From Haliotis rufescens (Eukaryota), in the NCBI RefSeq assembly GCF_023055435.1, contig NW_025963890.1:24304001-24368000 (forward strand): 64,000 bases of DNA, given 5' to 3'. The notes beneath the pieces are model-generated. The model worked only from the letters and a program-made list of their open reading frames with translations, was not told the origin of the DNA and searched no databases. Of this stretch, positions 36,406 to 50,443 are shown in pieces. Position numbers and translations under genes: made by a program. Each line of letters begins with the position of its first letter. Position 1 is the first letter of the stretch.

Positions 36406-37773
36406 TAGAATTTGTATTTTACTAAGAAAGTGTTATGCCAAATGTAACATTTGTTAACAGACAGACATATGTTTTTACACCTCCATAAAGAGTGGCCAAA
36501 CTATGAAGTATTGGCATCTGACTGTTGTCACAGTAAGTGGGATGACGAGAGGGAGAGTATAAGAGAGGGTAATCAAATAACACATACATTTGGGATATAT
36601 ATTTGATTTCATTGATGAAAAATCCAGAAACACGTGATGTTAACTTTATCCCTGCATACAGGCAACAATAGAAAAAGGCTACACACAGAAGATGCATATC
36701 GAAAGGAAACATCAGTAACAGACACCAATATTTGACATTCTGAAAGGAGAAAAACAATAATAAACTTATTTGTAGTCCATGTTCCATGTAAGTACATTCA
36801 ACTGAAGTGACCCTGCGAGGACCCTCACAAGCTGTAAGCAGAGTTTAAAGAGCTCAACCCTAGCAACTATCTAGCAGTCAACGTTAAAATCACACATATA
36901 CTAATGTGATTACTTTAGCAAACCATACAGTCAGAGTGGGTAGTGACAACCAACACACTGACAACAGCAGAAAATACACATGATCTCACCAGCGTTCTCC
37001 CCCATTGTTTAAAGGTGGCCATATCGTGTAGATCCAAGTACTTCCAAACAGTTAAACTTCCACTGGTATCACCATGTTGGCAACTCTCACTTTCTTCCCA
37101 TCATGCTTTGCAAGGCATTTACTCCAGTGGCCAGGCAGCGATTATGGATCTGTTCAGGTGTATTGTCCTCACTAGTAATAACTTCAAGAGAGTGTTTCTC
37201 TCCACACACACACACTGACAGACTGGCCGCTGGCAGGGTAGCTGTACTGCCTGACTGGAGGGGGGGTACCCTTACAACACACTGACACACACAGACAGTA
37301 GGATAAGGCTAGGTAATAAATGCTATCAGAGTTTATACCACAGCTTATCTCTTCAATGAGGAAATAGCTTTTTGGATTTGACAAATCCTATTATTGATTG
37401 TCCATTAGGGTACGTCCACCTATATTGGTATGGGCAGAGCTTGTTAGAGATACTCATACAATACTGTTTTGTAGACTTGATATGTACTCAGATACCTTTC
37501 TGGACAGGTTACAAGTAGTCAAAATATTGGTAACATTATTCCTTGAAAAAACATACAGTTGAACCTTGTTGTGTCGAAATCCTGGTTGTCTCAAACTCAT
37601 TTGGGAGACCCATGTATCCAAATTAAGCCTTACATTCCCCTGATGTCTTGAACCACGGATAACATTTTTCATGGTCCCCATGAGTTTTACACAAGGTTCG
37701 ACTGTATTTAGTATTTCATAATTGCTGTGATAAAATCAGTGTCCACACTTATTTAAACATACTCTGTACTTAG

Positions 37774-37930
37774 GAGTGAGAATGGTTTTATACCACTTTT
37801 TGCAATATTCCAGCAATACCACAGTCGGGGACACCATGAATGGGCTTCACACAAGGTACCAATGTGGGGATTCAAACCCAGGTCTTCAGTATGACGAGGG
37901 GACACTTGACCACGAGGCTACCCCACCGTC
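37774..37930 (-). mobile_element. SINE family A copy
   Basis: ATGGTTTTATACCACTTTTTGCAATATTCCAGCAATA...GGGACACC...GGCTACCCCACC. Confidence 0.72.
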
Positions 37931-38232
37931 CCTGTATGAAAGGGTGTTGGTAGCTTGAATGTAAAGTTGTTACATTGTCACCCTGGTCAGATCTTTGTCA
38001 TAACACCCGGCGCCATCACACTAGCTGTTTTCACTGCCACACAATTGGCTTCTCTGCCATTAATCTCATTGTTATGTCACTTTCTTTGTACATTAATCCT
38101 ACCTTGTGCAAACCTATCAGCATGTATATGTATTAACTCTGTTCTTAGTTCACCCAGTAGTAACCTGATGACAGGGCAAGAAGTAGCCCTGAAACCTCTC
38201 AAGTAATGACGTTGTTGTTTGTTAACGTTTCA

Positions 38233-39000
38233 TGTCCCAAACAGTTTATAGTGTCATATAGAGTCTGTCCCAAACACACTGTATAGTGTCATATACAGAC
38301 TGTCCCAAACACACTGTAGAGTGTCATATAGAGACTGTCCCAAACACACAGTACGGTGTCATATACAGACTGTCCCAAACACACTTGTCATATAGAGACT
38401 GTCCCAAACACACTGTACAGTGTCATATAGAGACTGTCCCAAACACACAATACAGTGTCATATAAAGACTGTCCCAAACACACAGTACAGTGTCATATAG
38501 AGACTGTCCCAAACACACTTGTCATATAGAGACTGTCCCAAACACACTGTACAGTGTCATATAGAGACTGTCCCAAACACACTGTATAGTGTCATATAGA
38601 GACTGTCCCAAACACACAATACAGTGTCATATAAAGACTGTCCCAAACACACAGTACAGTGTCATATAGAGACTGTCCCAAACACACAGTACAGTGTCAT
38701 ATAGAGACTATCCCAAAAACACTTGTCATATAGAGACTGTCCCAAACACACTTGTCATATAGAGACTGTCCCAAACACACTGTATATTGTCATATAGAGA
38801 CTGTCCCAAACACACTGTACAGTGTCATATAGAGACTATCCCAAACACACTGTACAGTGTCATATAGAGACTGTTTCCAACACACTGTACAGTGTCATAT
38901 AGAGACACTGTGTGTTTGGGACAGTCTCTATATGACACTGTACAGTGTGCTTGGGATAGTCTCTATATGACATTGCACAGTGTGTTTGGGACAGTCTCTA
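38233..39000. repeat. 35-bp (and 28-bp variant) minisatellite with an inverted terminal segment
   Basis: Unit GTCATATAGAGACTGTCCCAAACACACTGTACAGT; orientation flips at ~38906. Confidence 0.95.
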
Positions 39001-39485
39001 ACACCATGTCAGCATCAGACTTTCTAAGAGAAATATGGTATCTTCCAATATTCTTAAAAACTATTACAATATCATATCTTATGAGATGAAATATTCTAAT
39101 TTGATCATAAAAGTGTTAAATCAATAATGAATTTGTAACAGTAACAGGAATCGTGATCACTTTTGCATATCCCTCCCCTTGTTTACACATAAAGCAAATT
39201 GGTTTTTTCATTTGGTTTTTAACAGCTGAGCACACATAATGTAGTCCCCCCAGTCATGTCCCCTCACTGCATGGCGTCCAAGAACAGTGGGGTGTGTTAG
39301 TCAACAACTCCATGTGACAGCTGCATGCACTGCCGACTACACAAACACGTCCTTATTAGCTGAGTTGTTACTCCTGACAAGTGGGAGACAGCATATCTAG
39401 ATCCCCATGCACGTCGGTACACAACGACTGTTGTGCATAATGCCTGAAACTACAACCTCTGACATACCTCTTTGCAGCCTTGGCT

Positions 39486-40245
39486 GACAGACAGTGTATA
39501 TATGTACAGGTATGATCTATACTGTACAGATGTCTTGAACAAGGGGAGAATCACAAATATACACTATAGACAGGTGTCTATTATATACAGTGTTATGTCC
39601 TGAGGCTAGACAGACAGTGTATATATGTACAGGTATGATCTATACTGTACAGACGTCCAGAACAAGGGGAGAATCACAAATATACACTATAGACAGGTGT
39701 CTATTATATACAGTGTTATGTCCTGAGGCTAGACAGACAGTGTATATATGTACAGGTATGATCTATACTGTACAGATGTCTTGAACAAGGGGAGAATCAC
39801 AAATATACACTATAGACAGGTGTCTATTATATACAGTGTTATGTCCTGAGGCTAGACAGACAGTGTATATATGTACAGGTATGATCTATACTGTACAGAC
39901 GTCCAGAACAAGGGGAGAATCACAAATATACACTATAGACAGGTGTCTATTATATACAGTGTTATGTCCTGAGGTTAGACAGACAGTGTATATATGTACA
40001 GGTATGATCTATACTGTACAGACGTCCAGAACAAGGGGAGAATCACAAATATACACTATAGACAGGTGTCTATTATATACAGTGTTATGTCCTGAGGTTA
40101 GACAGACAGTGTATATATGTACAGGTATGATCTATACTGTACAGACGTCCAGAACAAGGGGAGAATCACAAATATACACTATAGACAGGTGTCTATTATA
40201 TACAGTGTTATGTCCTGAGGTTAGACAGATAGTGTATATATGTAT
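39486..40245. repeat. 123-bp satellite, ~6 copies
   Basis: Period 123 (GACAGACAGTGTATATATGTACAGG at 39486, 39609, ...). Confidence 0.96.
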
Positions 40246-40252
40246 ATACAAG

Positions 40253-40786
40253 TATATCTCACAGTACACCCTGCTCCAGACACACGTATCTCACAGTACA
40301 CCCTGCTCCAGACACACATATCTCACAGTACACCCTGCTTCAGACACACATATCTCACAGTACACCCTGCTCCAGATACATATCTCACAGTATACCCTGC
40401 TCCAGACACACATATCTCACAGTACACCCTGCTCCAGACACACATATCTCACAGTACACCCTGCTCCAGACACACATATCTCACAGTACACCCTGCTCCA
40501 GACACACATATCTCACAGTACACCCTGCTCCAGACACACATATCTCACAGTACACCCTGCTCCAGACACACATATCTTACAGTACACCCTGCTCCAGACA
40601 CATATCTCACAGTACACCCTGCTCCAGACACATATCTCACAGTACACCCTGCTCCAGACACACATATCTCACAGTACACCCTGGTCCAGACACACATATC
40701 TCACAGTACACCCTGCTCCAGACACACATATCTCACAGTACACCCTGCTCCAGACACACATATCTCACACTTACACCCTGCTCCAT
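40253..40786. repeat. 32-bp (30-bp variant) minisatellite, ~17 copies
   Basis: Unit CATATCTCACAGTACACCCTGCTCCAGACACA. Confidence 0.96.
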
Positions 40787-40805
40787 CATCACATCATTAT
40801 TCCCT

Positions 40806-41605
40806 CATGTCATGTCATCATGCACATTGGCACCTTCAGGGAACCAGGAGGCGTGGCCATGTCATCATCACATAAGCACCTTCAGGGGACCAGGGGGAGC
40901 GGCCATGTCATCATGCACATTGGCACCTTCAGGGGACCAGGAGGCGTGGCCATGTGATCATCACATAAGCACCTTCAGGGAACCAGGGGGAGTGGCCATG
41001 TCATCATGCACATTGGCACCTTCAGGGGACAGGGGGAGTGGCCATATCATCATCACATAAGCACCTTCAGGGGACCAGGGGGAGCGGCCATGTCATCATC
41101 ACATAAGCACATTCTGGGGAGAGGGGGAGTGGCCATGTCATCATCAAATAAGCACGTTCAGGGGACAGGGGGAGTGGCCATGTCATTATCATATAAGCAC
41201 CTTCAGGGGACAGGGGGAGTGGCCATGTCATCATCACATAAGCACCTTCAGGGGACCAGGGGGAGCGGCCATGTCATCATCACATAAGCACATTCTGGGG
41301 AGAGGGGGAGTGGCCATGTCATCATCAAATAAGCACGTTCAGGGGACAGGGGGAGTGGCCATGTCATCATCATATAAGCACCTTCAGGGGACAGGGGGAG
41401 TGGCCATGTCATCATCACATAAGCACCTTCAGGGGACCAGGAGGAGTGGCCATATTATCATCACATAAGCACCTTCAGGGGACCAGGATAGTGGCCACAT
41501 CATCATGCACATTGGCACCTTCAGGGGACCAGGAGGAGTGGCCATGTCATCATCACATAAGCACGTTCAGGGGACCAGGGTGAGTGGCCATGTCATCATC
41601 ACATT
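40806..41605. repeat. ~46-bp minisatellite, ~17 heterogeneous copies
   Basis: Unit CATCATCACATAAGCACCTTCAGGGGACCAGGGGGAGTGGCCATGT. Confidence 0.94.
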
Positions 41606-42769
41606 GGTGTTCAAGCCATATGAGTACAGCTAACTTTTTCTCCAAGTATATAGAATATAGGACAAGTCATTAGATTAGTCCGCTTGATGCAGGTGAGCTA
41701 TGAATCTATAGAGTGTCTGAGATGTAAGCAGTGATTGTGTGGCAATCAATGTCGTAAGATATTGATGCAGCATGTCTGATGCAGACCAGAGGAGCCAAAA
41801 TACAGACAGGATCAGGCAATCAGATCATTAACTGTTCAAAATTTAATTGTTCTTCAAGATGAGAAAGGAACTAAATTGGGATAGTCTTAAAAAAAAGTCA
41901 GTGATCTAATTACAAGTGTCATTTGACGTTACTTTCATGGTCATCTACAGGCTATTGTCATGGTCATCTACAGGCTATTTTCCAGTTCTTAATGTCAGAG
42001 TCATATAGAATGAATTAATCAGTTGTTAAGAGAAGAAGAAAAGAAGCTGATGACGAAACATTATGATGATCATATTAAATGACACGTTATCAGTTACCCT
42101 GGATTCCACTGACAAAGAAAAGATTCAATAAAGTCAAAGTTAAACACGTGATTGTTATAAAATCTTGGACATACAGTTTATTGGCTAGTTCAGAGGATTT
42201 TAAGAAGGGAGTGCACATTATGGAAGTCTTGAAGTGAACACCACGCAGGTTGACACATGATGGTGCCTGAAGAAATGTGCAGTCCTTGTACTTAATGTCT
42301 TCATCTGCCAGTGCTGTTTACACAAGGAATATAATTTTAGAGTTTATACAAAGCCGAGCTGCATCAACTTTGAGACAAAAAAGACCTGTTTCAGTATTGA
42401 AGAAAAGTAGGTTTCTGTTGAGTCAGACAATGTTGCATGTCGTGTGCAGCCTCAATAGAGGATGTTGATACTGGTAGCTTCAATAAAACATGGTTGTATC
42501 TTAGATCTGTGTTGGTCTTCATTTGATGAAATCTCAACTAGCTCCTTTGGTTTCAAAGGCATTCATGATTTAACAAATATTCTTTCTACAATGACTCAAT
42601 TTTGATTTGTGATCAGAGGTTTTTCAAGTCACAATAAAATGCCTATAGCTATGAGTTTCTACACAGTGGTAATATTTTGGTTGTTCATTTCAGCAGCAAA
42701 CTGACTAAAGGTCAACAATACAAAATCTACAACACAAGTAATAACCACTTCCTTCTCTACCACTGCACT

Positions 42770-42951
42770 GCCTCCGTGGTCTAGTGGATACAGCGTCTGC
42801 CCGGAGAGTGGAAGGTTGGTGGGTCGATCCCCAGCCAACATGAAATGTTGGTAGTTGTCGTTTCCCTGACAAGGACTGGTCAACTTGGAGTCAGTAAACT
42901 GTGTCTGAGTTGGGTATCTCAGTGGGCTAGCACTATAAAAGCAGCATTACT

Positions 42952-42998
<47 letters not shown>

Positions 42999-43025
42999 AT
43001 AATCTTGAACGCGACGTTTAACCTG
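42770..43025 (+). mobile_element. tRNA-derived SINE family D with an internal (CA)n microsatellite
   Basis: GCCTCCGTGGTCTAGTGG (A box), GGGTCGATCCCC (B-box like), GCTAGCACTATAAAA, then (CA)n at ~42953-42995. Confidence 0.6.
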
Positions 43026-43877
43026 GTACTGGTACAACAACATAGCATTTGTGGAAAACAAGCTTCAATGTCAGAAATATCTTGTCAGTTCAAAGCCGCT
43101 GGTATCCCTTTGGAATACAACAATATCATTGAACACTATATCATCTGAAGACCACAATGTTGGGAAATGGGTAGACTAAATACTTAGTCTCTGAAAATTT
43201 ATAATTTTGATAGAAACAAACAACTTCATTTAACTTACAACGGAGCCCCTGTGAGATGGGAGATTCAGAACCTGTTGAAAACCTAGACTCTGCTCGGCTG
43301 AGGTGAAAATAATATGCTTAAGGTACTGTGCAAAAGAAATGGGATAAAAAAGCAAAAGCAATAGTATTTTATTAGCTTGCTACAGAATTGCTTGGTATTA
43401 TGCATACACCATTCATGGTGTGTTGTTGCATATCATGTAACCATGAAATTACTTACCAATATATGATCATAGGTGTCAGAATCAGAAACATTAATGGTTT
43501 GAAAATTGACTATACTTTTCAAATTTTAAGTTTGTACTTGTTATGCAATGACTATTATTTAGCTACATCAAACATTTCCAGACCCAAAAGTAGAACATGA
43601 AGTGTGCATACATTTTATACAGCATGCATTATATAAGTCACAACATAAGTCTTATCACATTATGTAAGCAAGGTTGCTTGTGATGAACATAACAATCTCT
43701 CTGATACGGTATCAAGAAACACCAAACCAGCTTCTCCTTCTTTCAGAATCATCTTAACATAAGAGGTCAGCATTAAAATAGATATAATTGTTAACATTGT
43801 TGTCGATCACTAGGTATATATCAAATATGTATGTAACATGTATCGTATCATGAGAGAGTATAATGTCTATCATTAGA

Positions 43878-45218
43878 TCATTTCATGCCATCACTGAATC
43901 CTTCTGCCCCATCACTCAATCATTCCACCATCACATAATCATTTCACTCCATCGCTGAATCCTTCTGCCCCATCACTCAATCATCCCGCCCTCACATAAT
44001 CATTTCACACCATCACTGAATCCTTCTGCCCCATCACTCAATCATTCCACCCTCACATAATCATTTCACTCCATCGCTGAATCCTTCTGCCCCATCACTC
44101 AATCATTCCACCCTCACATAATCATTTCACTCCATTGCTGAATCCTTCTGCCCCATCACTCAATCATTCCACCATCACATAATCATTTCACTCCATCACT
44201 GAATCCTTCTGCCCAATTACTCAATCATTCAACCCTCACATAATCATTTCACTCCATCGCTGAATCCTTCTGCCCCATCACTCAATCATTCCACCCTCAC
44301 ATAATCATTTCACTCCATCGCTGAATCCTTCTGCCCCATCACTCAATCATTCCACCCTCACAAAATCATTTCACGCCATCACTGAATCCTTCTGTCCCAT
44401 CACTCAATCATTCCACCATCACATAATTATTTCACTCCATCGCTGAATCCTTCTGCCCATCACTCAATCATTCCACCCTCACATAATCATTTCACTCCAT
44501 TGCTGAATCCTTCTGCCCCATCACTCAATCATTCCACCCACACATAATCATTTCACTCCATCACTGAATCCTTCTGCCCAATTACTCAATCCTTCAACCC
44601 TCACATAATCATATCACTCCATCGCTGAATCCTTCTGCTCCATCACTCAATCATTCCACCCTCAGATAATCATTTCACGCCATCACTGAATTCTTCTGCC
44701 CCATCACTCAATCATTCCACCCTCACATAATCATTTCATGCCACCGCTGAATCCTTCTGTCCCATCACTCAATCATTCCACCATCACATAATTATTTCAC
44801 TCCATCGCTGAATCCTTCTGCCCATCACTCAATCATTCCACCCTCACATAATCATTTCACTCCATTGCTGAATCCTTCTGCCCCATCACTCAATCATTCC
44901 ACCCACACATAATCATTTCACTCCATCACTGAATCCTTCTGCCCAATTACTCAATCCTTCAACCCTCACATAATCATATCACTCCATCGCTGAATCCTTC
45001 TGCTCCATCACTCAATCATTCCACCCTCAGATAATCATTTCACGCCATCACTGAATTCTTCTGCCCCATCACTCAATCATTCCACCCTCACATAATCATT
45101 TCATGCCACCGCTGAATCCTTCTGCCCCATCACTCAATCATTCCACCCTCACATAATCATTTCACTCAATCACTGAATCTTCTGCCCCATCACTCAATCA
45201 TTCCACCTTCACATAATC
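43878..45218. repeat. 61-bp satellite, ~22 copies
   Basis: Unit ATCATTTCACTCCATCGCTGAATCCTTCTGCCCCATCACTCAATCATTCCACCCTCACATA. Confidence 0.97.
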
Positions 45219-45440
45219 ATGTCAGCATGCGGGGACAGACTTGTCGGCCACGCAAGGATCAGATATGGGAGGGATGATGAGGTTGCTGTGTCAGCATGTG
45301 GGCACAGACTTGTCGGCCACGCAAGGATCAGATATGGGAGGGATGGTGAGGTTGCTGTGTCAGCATGTGGGGACAGACTTGTCGGCCATACAAGGATCAG
45401 ATATGGGAGGGATGATGAGGTTGCTGTGTCAGCATGTGTG
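45219..45440. repeat. 69-bp tandem repeat, ~3.2 copies
   Basis: TGTCAGCATGTGGGGACAGACTTGTCGGCCACGCAAGGATCAGATATGGGAGGGATGATGAGGTTGCTG. Confidence 0.93.
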
Positions 45441-46491
45441 GTGACATTACATTCCCAGCACCTGTCCTGCATTGGACCAGTCCCGGCATCACTCACACAC
45501 CAATCATCAATGTCGCCACACTTCAGGGGAAGTAGCTGCAGCCAATGTTTAGTTAGTGTGGGAACTCACAGATGTTAAACCCTCTTCAAACTATTAAAAA
45601 CAAGTTAATGAGAAATGACAAATAGTCTGCAATATTTACTGTTCATTCTTGAATGTAATTATGTGTATGTATGAATCAAAATGTTTTGTCATTTAAATAT
45701 TGCATCGGTTCCATAATGGAATGTTTTCTGCAATAAATATCATCTTATCTTATCTTATCCAAAGACATACATCTTTGTCATTTCTAAGATTTGGTGTTTA
45801 TTTATAAGTCAGATGTTTATATAAACATGTATTTTAATGTTAAGAAACTCATTCCCAAATGTTTTCAAATAAAATATGAATCACTCAATTATAATTTGCA
45901 GTTTGAGAAATAATGATGATATTTTCTGGTTTATAACACAGTAGTTGACAATAGTTGCACAACAATGTGCACAACACATGGTATCTGTAAAGGCAGACAA
46001 ACAGTCAAAGTGACAGGTCTCTCACAGACAGGCAGTGTGTTGGGGAGATATTATACAACACTTCACTGTCTGTGGGCAGGAGGTGAAAGCCTATTGTTTG
46101 TTGGCTGTAAAAGTAAAGCTGTAGTATTGCTGGAATATTACTAAGGGTGTATGACACTACTCATTCATTAATACATACAATGTGAGTTTCACATGCAAAT
46201 AATTTACAAATGTTGACTGTAATATATTTCTTCAATAAAACTTACAACAAAATAACAAATGGACCTAAAAGTTGGATATTAGAGTTGCAGGGGTCAGCAA
46301 TTGCAATATTACTGTTATGTTGAATAGAACCTGGACCAATATAGGTCAGCAAGTTATCATAACACTACGACAGGGATCAATTTAAGGGACCGGTCAAAGA
46401 TAACGGTGGCAGTTTGGGGAATACTGCACAAGTCTGACTTATCAGGTCAAATACGGTATTTGGGATTACCATCATTTTGTCTCTTCATGCC

Positions 46492-49400
46492 TATTTGGTG
46501 TCAGTGTGTATGTCAGGTATTGATGACAGTGTGTATGTCAGGTATTGATGCCAGGGTGTATGTCAGGTATTGATGCCAGTGTGTATGTAAGATATTGATG
46601 TCAGTGTGTATGTCAGGTATTGATGCCAGTGTGTATGTCAGGTATTGATACCAGTGTGTATGTCAGGTATTGATGCCAGTGTGTATGTAAGATATTGATG
46701 TCAGTGTGTATGTCAGGTATTGATGCCAGTGTGTATGTCAGGTATTGATGCCAGTGTGTATGTCAGGTATTGATGCCAGTGTGTATGTCAGGTATTGATG
46801 CCAGTGTGTATGTCAGGTATTGATGCCAGTGTGTATGTCAGGTATTGATGCCAGTGTGTATGTCAGGTATTGATGCCAGGATGTATGTCAGGTATTGATG
46901 CCAGTGTGTATGTCAGGTATTGATACCAGTGTGTATGTCAGGTATTGATACCAGTGTGTATGTCAGGTATTGATGCCAGTGTGTATGTAAGATATTGATG
47001 TCAGTGTGTATGTCAGGTATTGATGCCAGTGTGTATGTCAGGTATTGATACCAGTGTGTATGTCAGGTATTGATACCAGTGTGTATGTCAGGTATTGATG
47101 CCAGTGTGTATGTAAGATATTGATGTCAGTGTGTATGTCAGGTATTGATGCCAGTGTGTATGTCAGGTATTGATGCCAGTGTGTATGTCAGGTATTGATG
47201 CCAGTGTGTATGTCAGGTATTGATACCAGTGTGTATGTCAGGTATTGATGCCAGTGTGTATGTCAGGTATTGATGCCAGTGTGTATGTCAGGTATTGATG
47301 CCAGTGTGTATGTCAGGTATTGATGTCAGTGTGTATGTCAGGTATTGATGCCAGTGTGTATGTCAGGTATTGATGCCAGTGTGTATGTCAGGTATTGATG
47401 CCAGTGTGTATGTCAGGTATTGATGCCAGTGTGTATGTCAGGTATTGATCCCAGTGTGTATGTCAGGTATTGATGCCAGTGTGTATGTCAGGTATTGATG
47501 CCAGTGTGTATGTCAGGTATTGATGCCAGTGTGTGTGTCAGGTATGGATGCCAGGATGTATGTCAGGTATTGATACCAGTGTGTATGTCAGGTATTGATA
47601 CCAGTGTGTATGTCAGGTATTGATACCAGTGTGTATGTCAGGTATTGATGCCAGTGTGTATGTCAGGTATTGATGCCAGTGTGTATGTCAGGTATTGATG
47701 CCAGTGTGTGTGTCAGGTATGGATGCAAGGATGTATGTCAGGTATTGATACCAGTGTGTATGTCAGATATGGATGCCAGGATGTATGTCAGGTATTGATG
47801 CCAGTGTGTATGTCAGGTATTGATGCCAGGATGTATGTCAGGTATTGATGCAAGTGTGTATGTCAGGTATTGATGCCAGGGTGTATGTCAGGTATTGATG
47901 CCAGTGTTTATGTCAGGTATTGATGCCAGTGTGTATGTCAGGTATTGATGCCAGTGTGTATGTCAGGTATTGATGCCAGGATGTATGTCAGGTATTGATG
48001 CAAGTGTGTAGGTCAGGTATTGATGCCAGGATGTATGTCAGGTATTGGTGCCAGTGTGTATGTCAGGTATTGATTCCAGTGTGTTTGTCAGGTATTGATG
48101 CCAGTGTGTATGTCAGGTATTGATGCCAGTGTGTATGTCAGGTATTGATGCCAGTGTGTATGTCAGGTATTGATGCCAGGATGTATGTCAGGTATTGGTG
48201 CCAGTGTGTAGGTCAGGTATTGATGCAACTGTGTATGTCAGGTATTGATGCCAGTGTGTATGTCAGGTATTGATACAAGTGTGTATGTCAGGTATTGATG
48301 ACAGTGTGTATGTCAGGTATTGATGCTAGTGTGTATGTCAGGTATTGATGCCAGTGTGTATGTCAGGTGTTGATGCCAGTGTGTATGTCAGGTATGGATG
48401 CCAGTGTGTATGTCAGGTATTGGTGCCAGTGTGTATGTCAGGTATTGATGCCAGTGTGTATGTCAGGTATTGATACCAGTGTGTATGTCAGGTATGTATG
48501 CCAGTGTGTATGTCAGGTATTGATACCAGTGTGTATGTCAGGTATGTATGCCTGTGTGTATGTCAGGTATGGATGCCAGTGTGTATGTCAGGTATGGATG
48601 CCAGTGTGTATGTCAGGTATTGATACCAGTGTGTATGTCAGGTATTGATGCCAGTGTGTATGTCAGGTATTGATGCCAGTGTGTATGTCAGGTATTGATA
48701 CCGGTGTGTATGTCAGGTATGTATGCCAGGATGTATGTCAGGTATTGATGCCAGTGTGTATGTCAGGTATTGATGCCAGTGTGTAGGTCAGGTATGTATG
48801 CCAGTGTGTATGTCAGGTATTGATACCAGTGTGTATGTCAGGTATGGATGCCAGGATGTATGTCAGGTATTGATACCAGTGTGTATGTCAGGTATTGATG
48901 CCAGGATGTATGTCAGGTATTGATGCCAGTGTGTATGTCAGGTATGGATGCCAGGTTGTATGTCAGGTATTGATAGCAGTGTGTATGTCAGGTATGTATG
49001 CCTGTGTGTATGTCAGGTATGGATGCCAGGATGTATGTCAGGTATTGATACCAGTGTGTATGTCAGGTATGGATGCCAGTGTGTATGTCAGGTATTGATA
49101 CCAGTGTGTATGTCAGGTATTGATGCCAGTGTGTATGTCAGGTATTGATGCCAGTGTGTATGTCAGGTATTGATACCGGTGTGTATGTCAGGTATGTATG
49201 CCAGGATGTATGTCAGGTATTGATGCCAGTGTGTATGTCAGGTATTGATGCCAGTGTGTAGGCCAGGTATGTATGCCAGTGTGTATGTCAGGTATTGATA
49301 CCAGTGTGTATGTCAGGTATGGATGCCAGGATGTATGTCAGGTATTGATACCAGTGTGTATGTCAGGTATTGATGCCAGGATGTATGTCAGGTATTGATG

Positions 49401-50443
49401 CCAGTGTGTATGTCAGGTATGGATGCCAGGTTGTATGTCAGGTATTGATAGCAGTGTGTATGTCAGGTATTGATACCAGTGTGTATGTCAGGTATTGATG
49501 CCAGGATGTATGTCAGGTATTGATACCAGTGTGTATGTCAGGTATGGATGCCAGGATGTATGTCAGGTATTGATACCAGTGTGTATGTCAGGTATTGATA
49601 CCAGTGTGTATGTCAGGTATGGATGCAAGTGTGTAGGTCAGGTATTGATACCAGTGTGTATGTCAGGTATGGATGCAAGTGTGTAGGTCAGGTATTGATA
49701 CCAGTGTGTATGTCAGGTATTGATGCCAGTGTGTATGCCAGGTATTGATACCAGTGTGTATGTCAGGTATGGATGCCAGGATGTATGTCAGGTATTGATA
49801 CCAGTGTGTATGTCAGGTATGGATGCCAGGATGTATGTCAGGTATTGATGCCAGTGTGTATATCAGGTATGGATGCCAGGATGTATGTCAGGTATTGATA
49901 CCAGTGTATATGTCAGGTATTGATGCCAGTGTGTATGTCAGGTATTGATGCCAGTGTGTATGTCAGGTATTGATGCCAGTGTGTATGTCAGGTATTGATG
50001 CCAGTGTGTAGGTCAGGTATGTATGCCAGTGTGTATGTCAGGTATGGATGCCAGTGTGTATGTCAGGTATGTATGCCAGTGTGTATGTCAGGTATTGATG
50101 CCGGTGTGTATGTCGGGTATTGATACCAGTGTGTATGTCAGGTATGTATGGCAGTGTGTATGTCAGGTATGGATGCCAGTGTGTATGTCAGGTATGTATG
50201 CCAGTGTGTATGTCAGGTATTGATGCCGGTGTGTATGTCGGGTATTGATACCAGTGTGTATGTCAGGTATGGATGCCAGTGTGTATGTCAGGTATTGATG
50301 CCAGTGTGTATGTCAGGTATTGATGCCAGTGTGTATGTCAGGTATTGATGCCAGTGTGTATGTCAGGTATTGATACCAGTGTGTATGTCAGGTATTGATG
50401 CCAGTGTGTATGTCAGGTATTGATGCCAGTGTGTATGTCAGGT
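46492..50443. repeat. 25-bp minisatellite, ~158 copies
   Basis: Unit GTGTATGTCAGGTATTGATGCCAGT. Confidence 0.98.

Noticed and set aside
4241-43025. tRNA genes at A/B-box motifs
   Set aside because: They lack complete cloverleafs and continue into SINE bodies with simple-repeat tails and TSDs.
39590-50348. ORFs over the 123-, 32-, 46-, 69- and 25-bp arrays
   Set aside because: Repeat translations; ORF 39836..40957 merely runs across three unrelated arrays.
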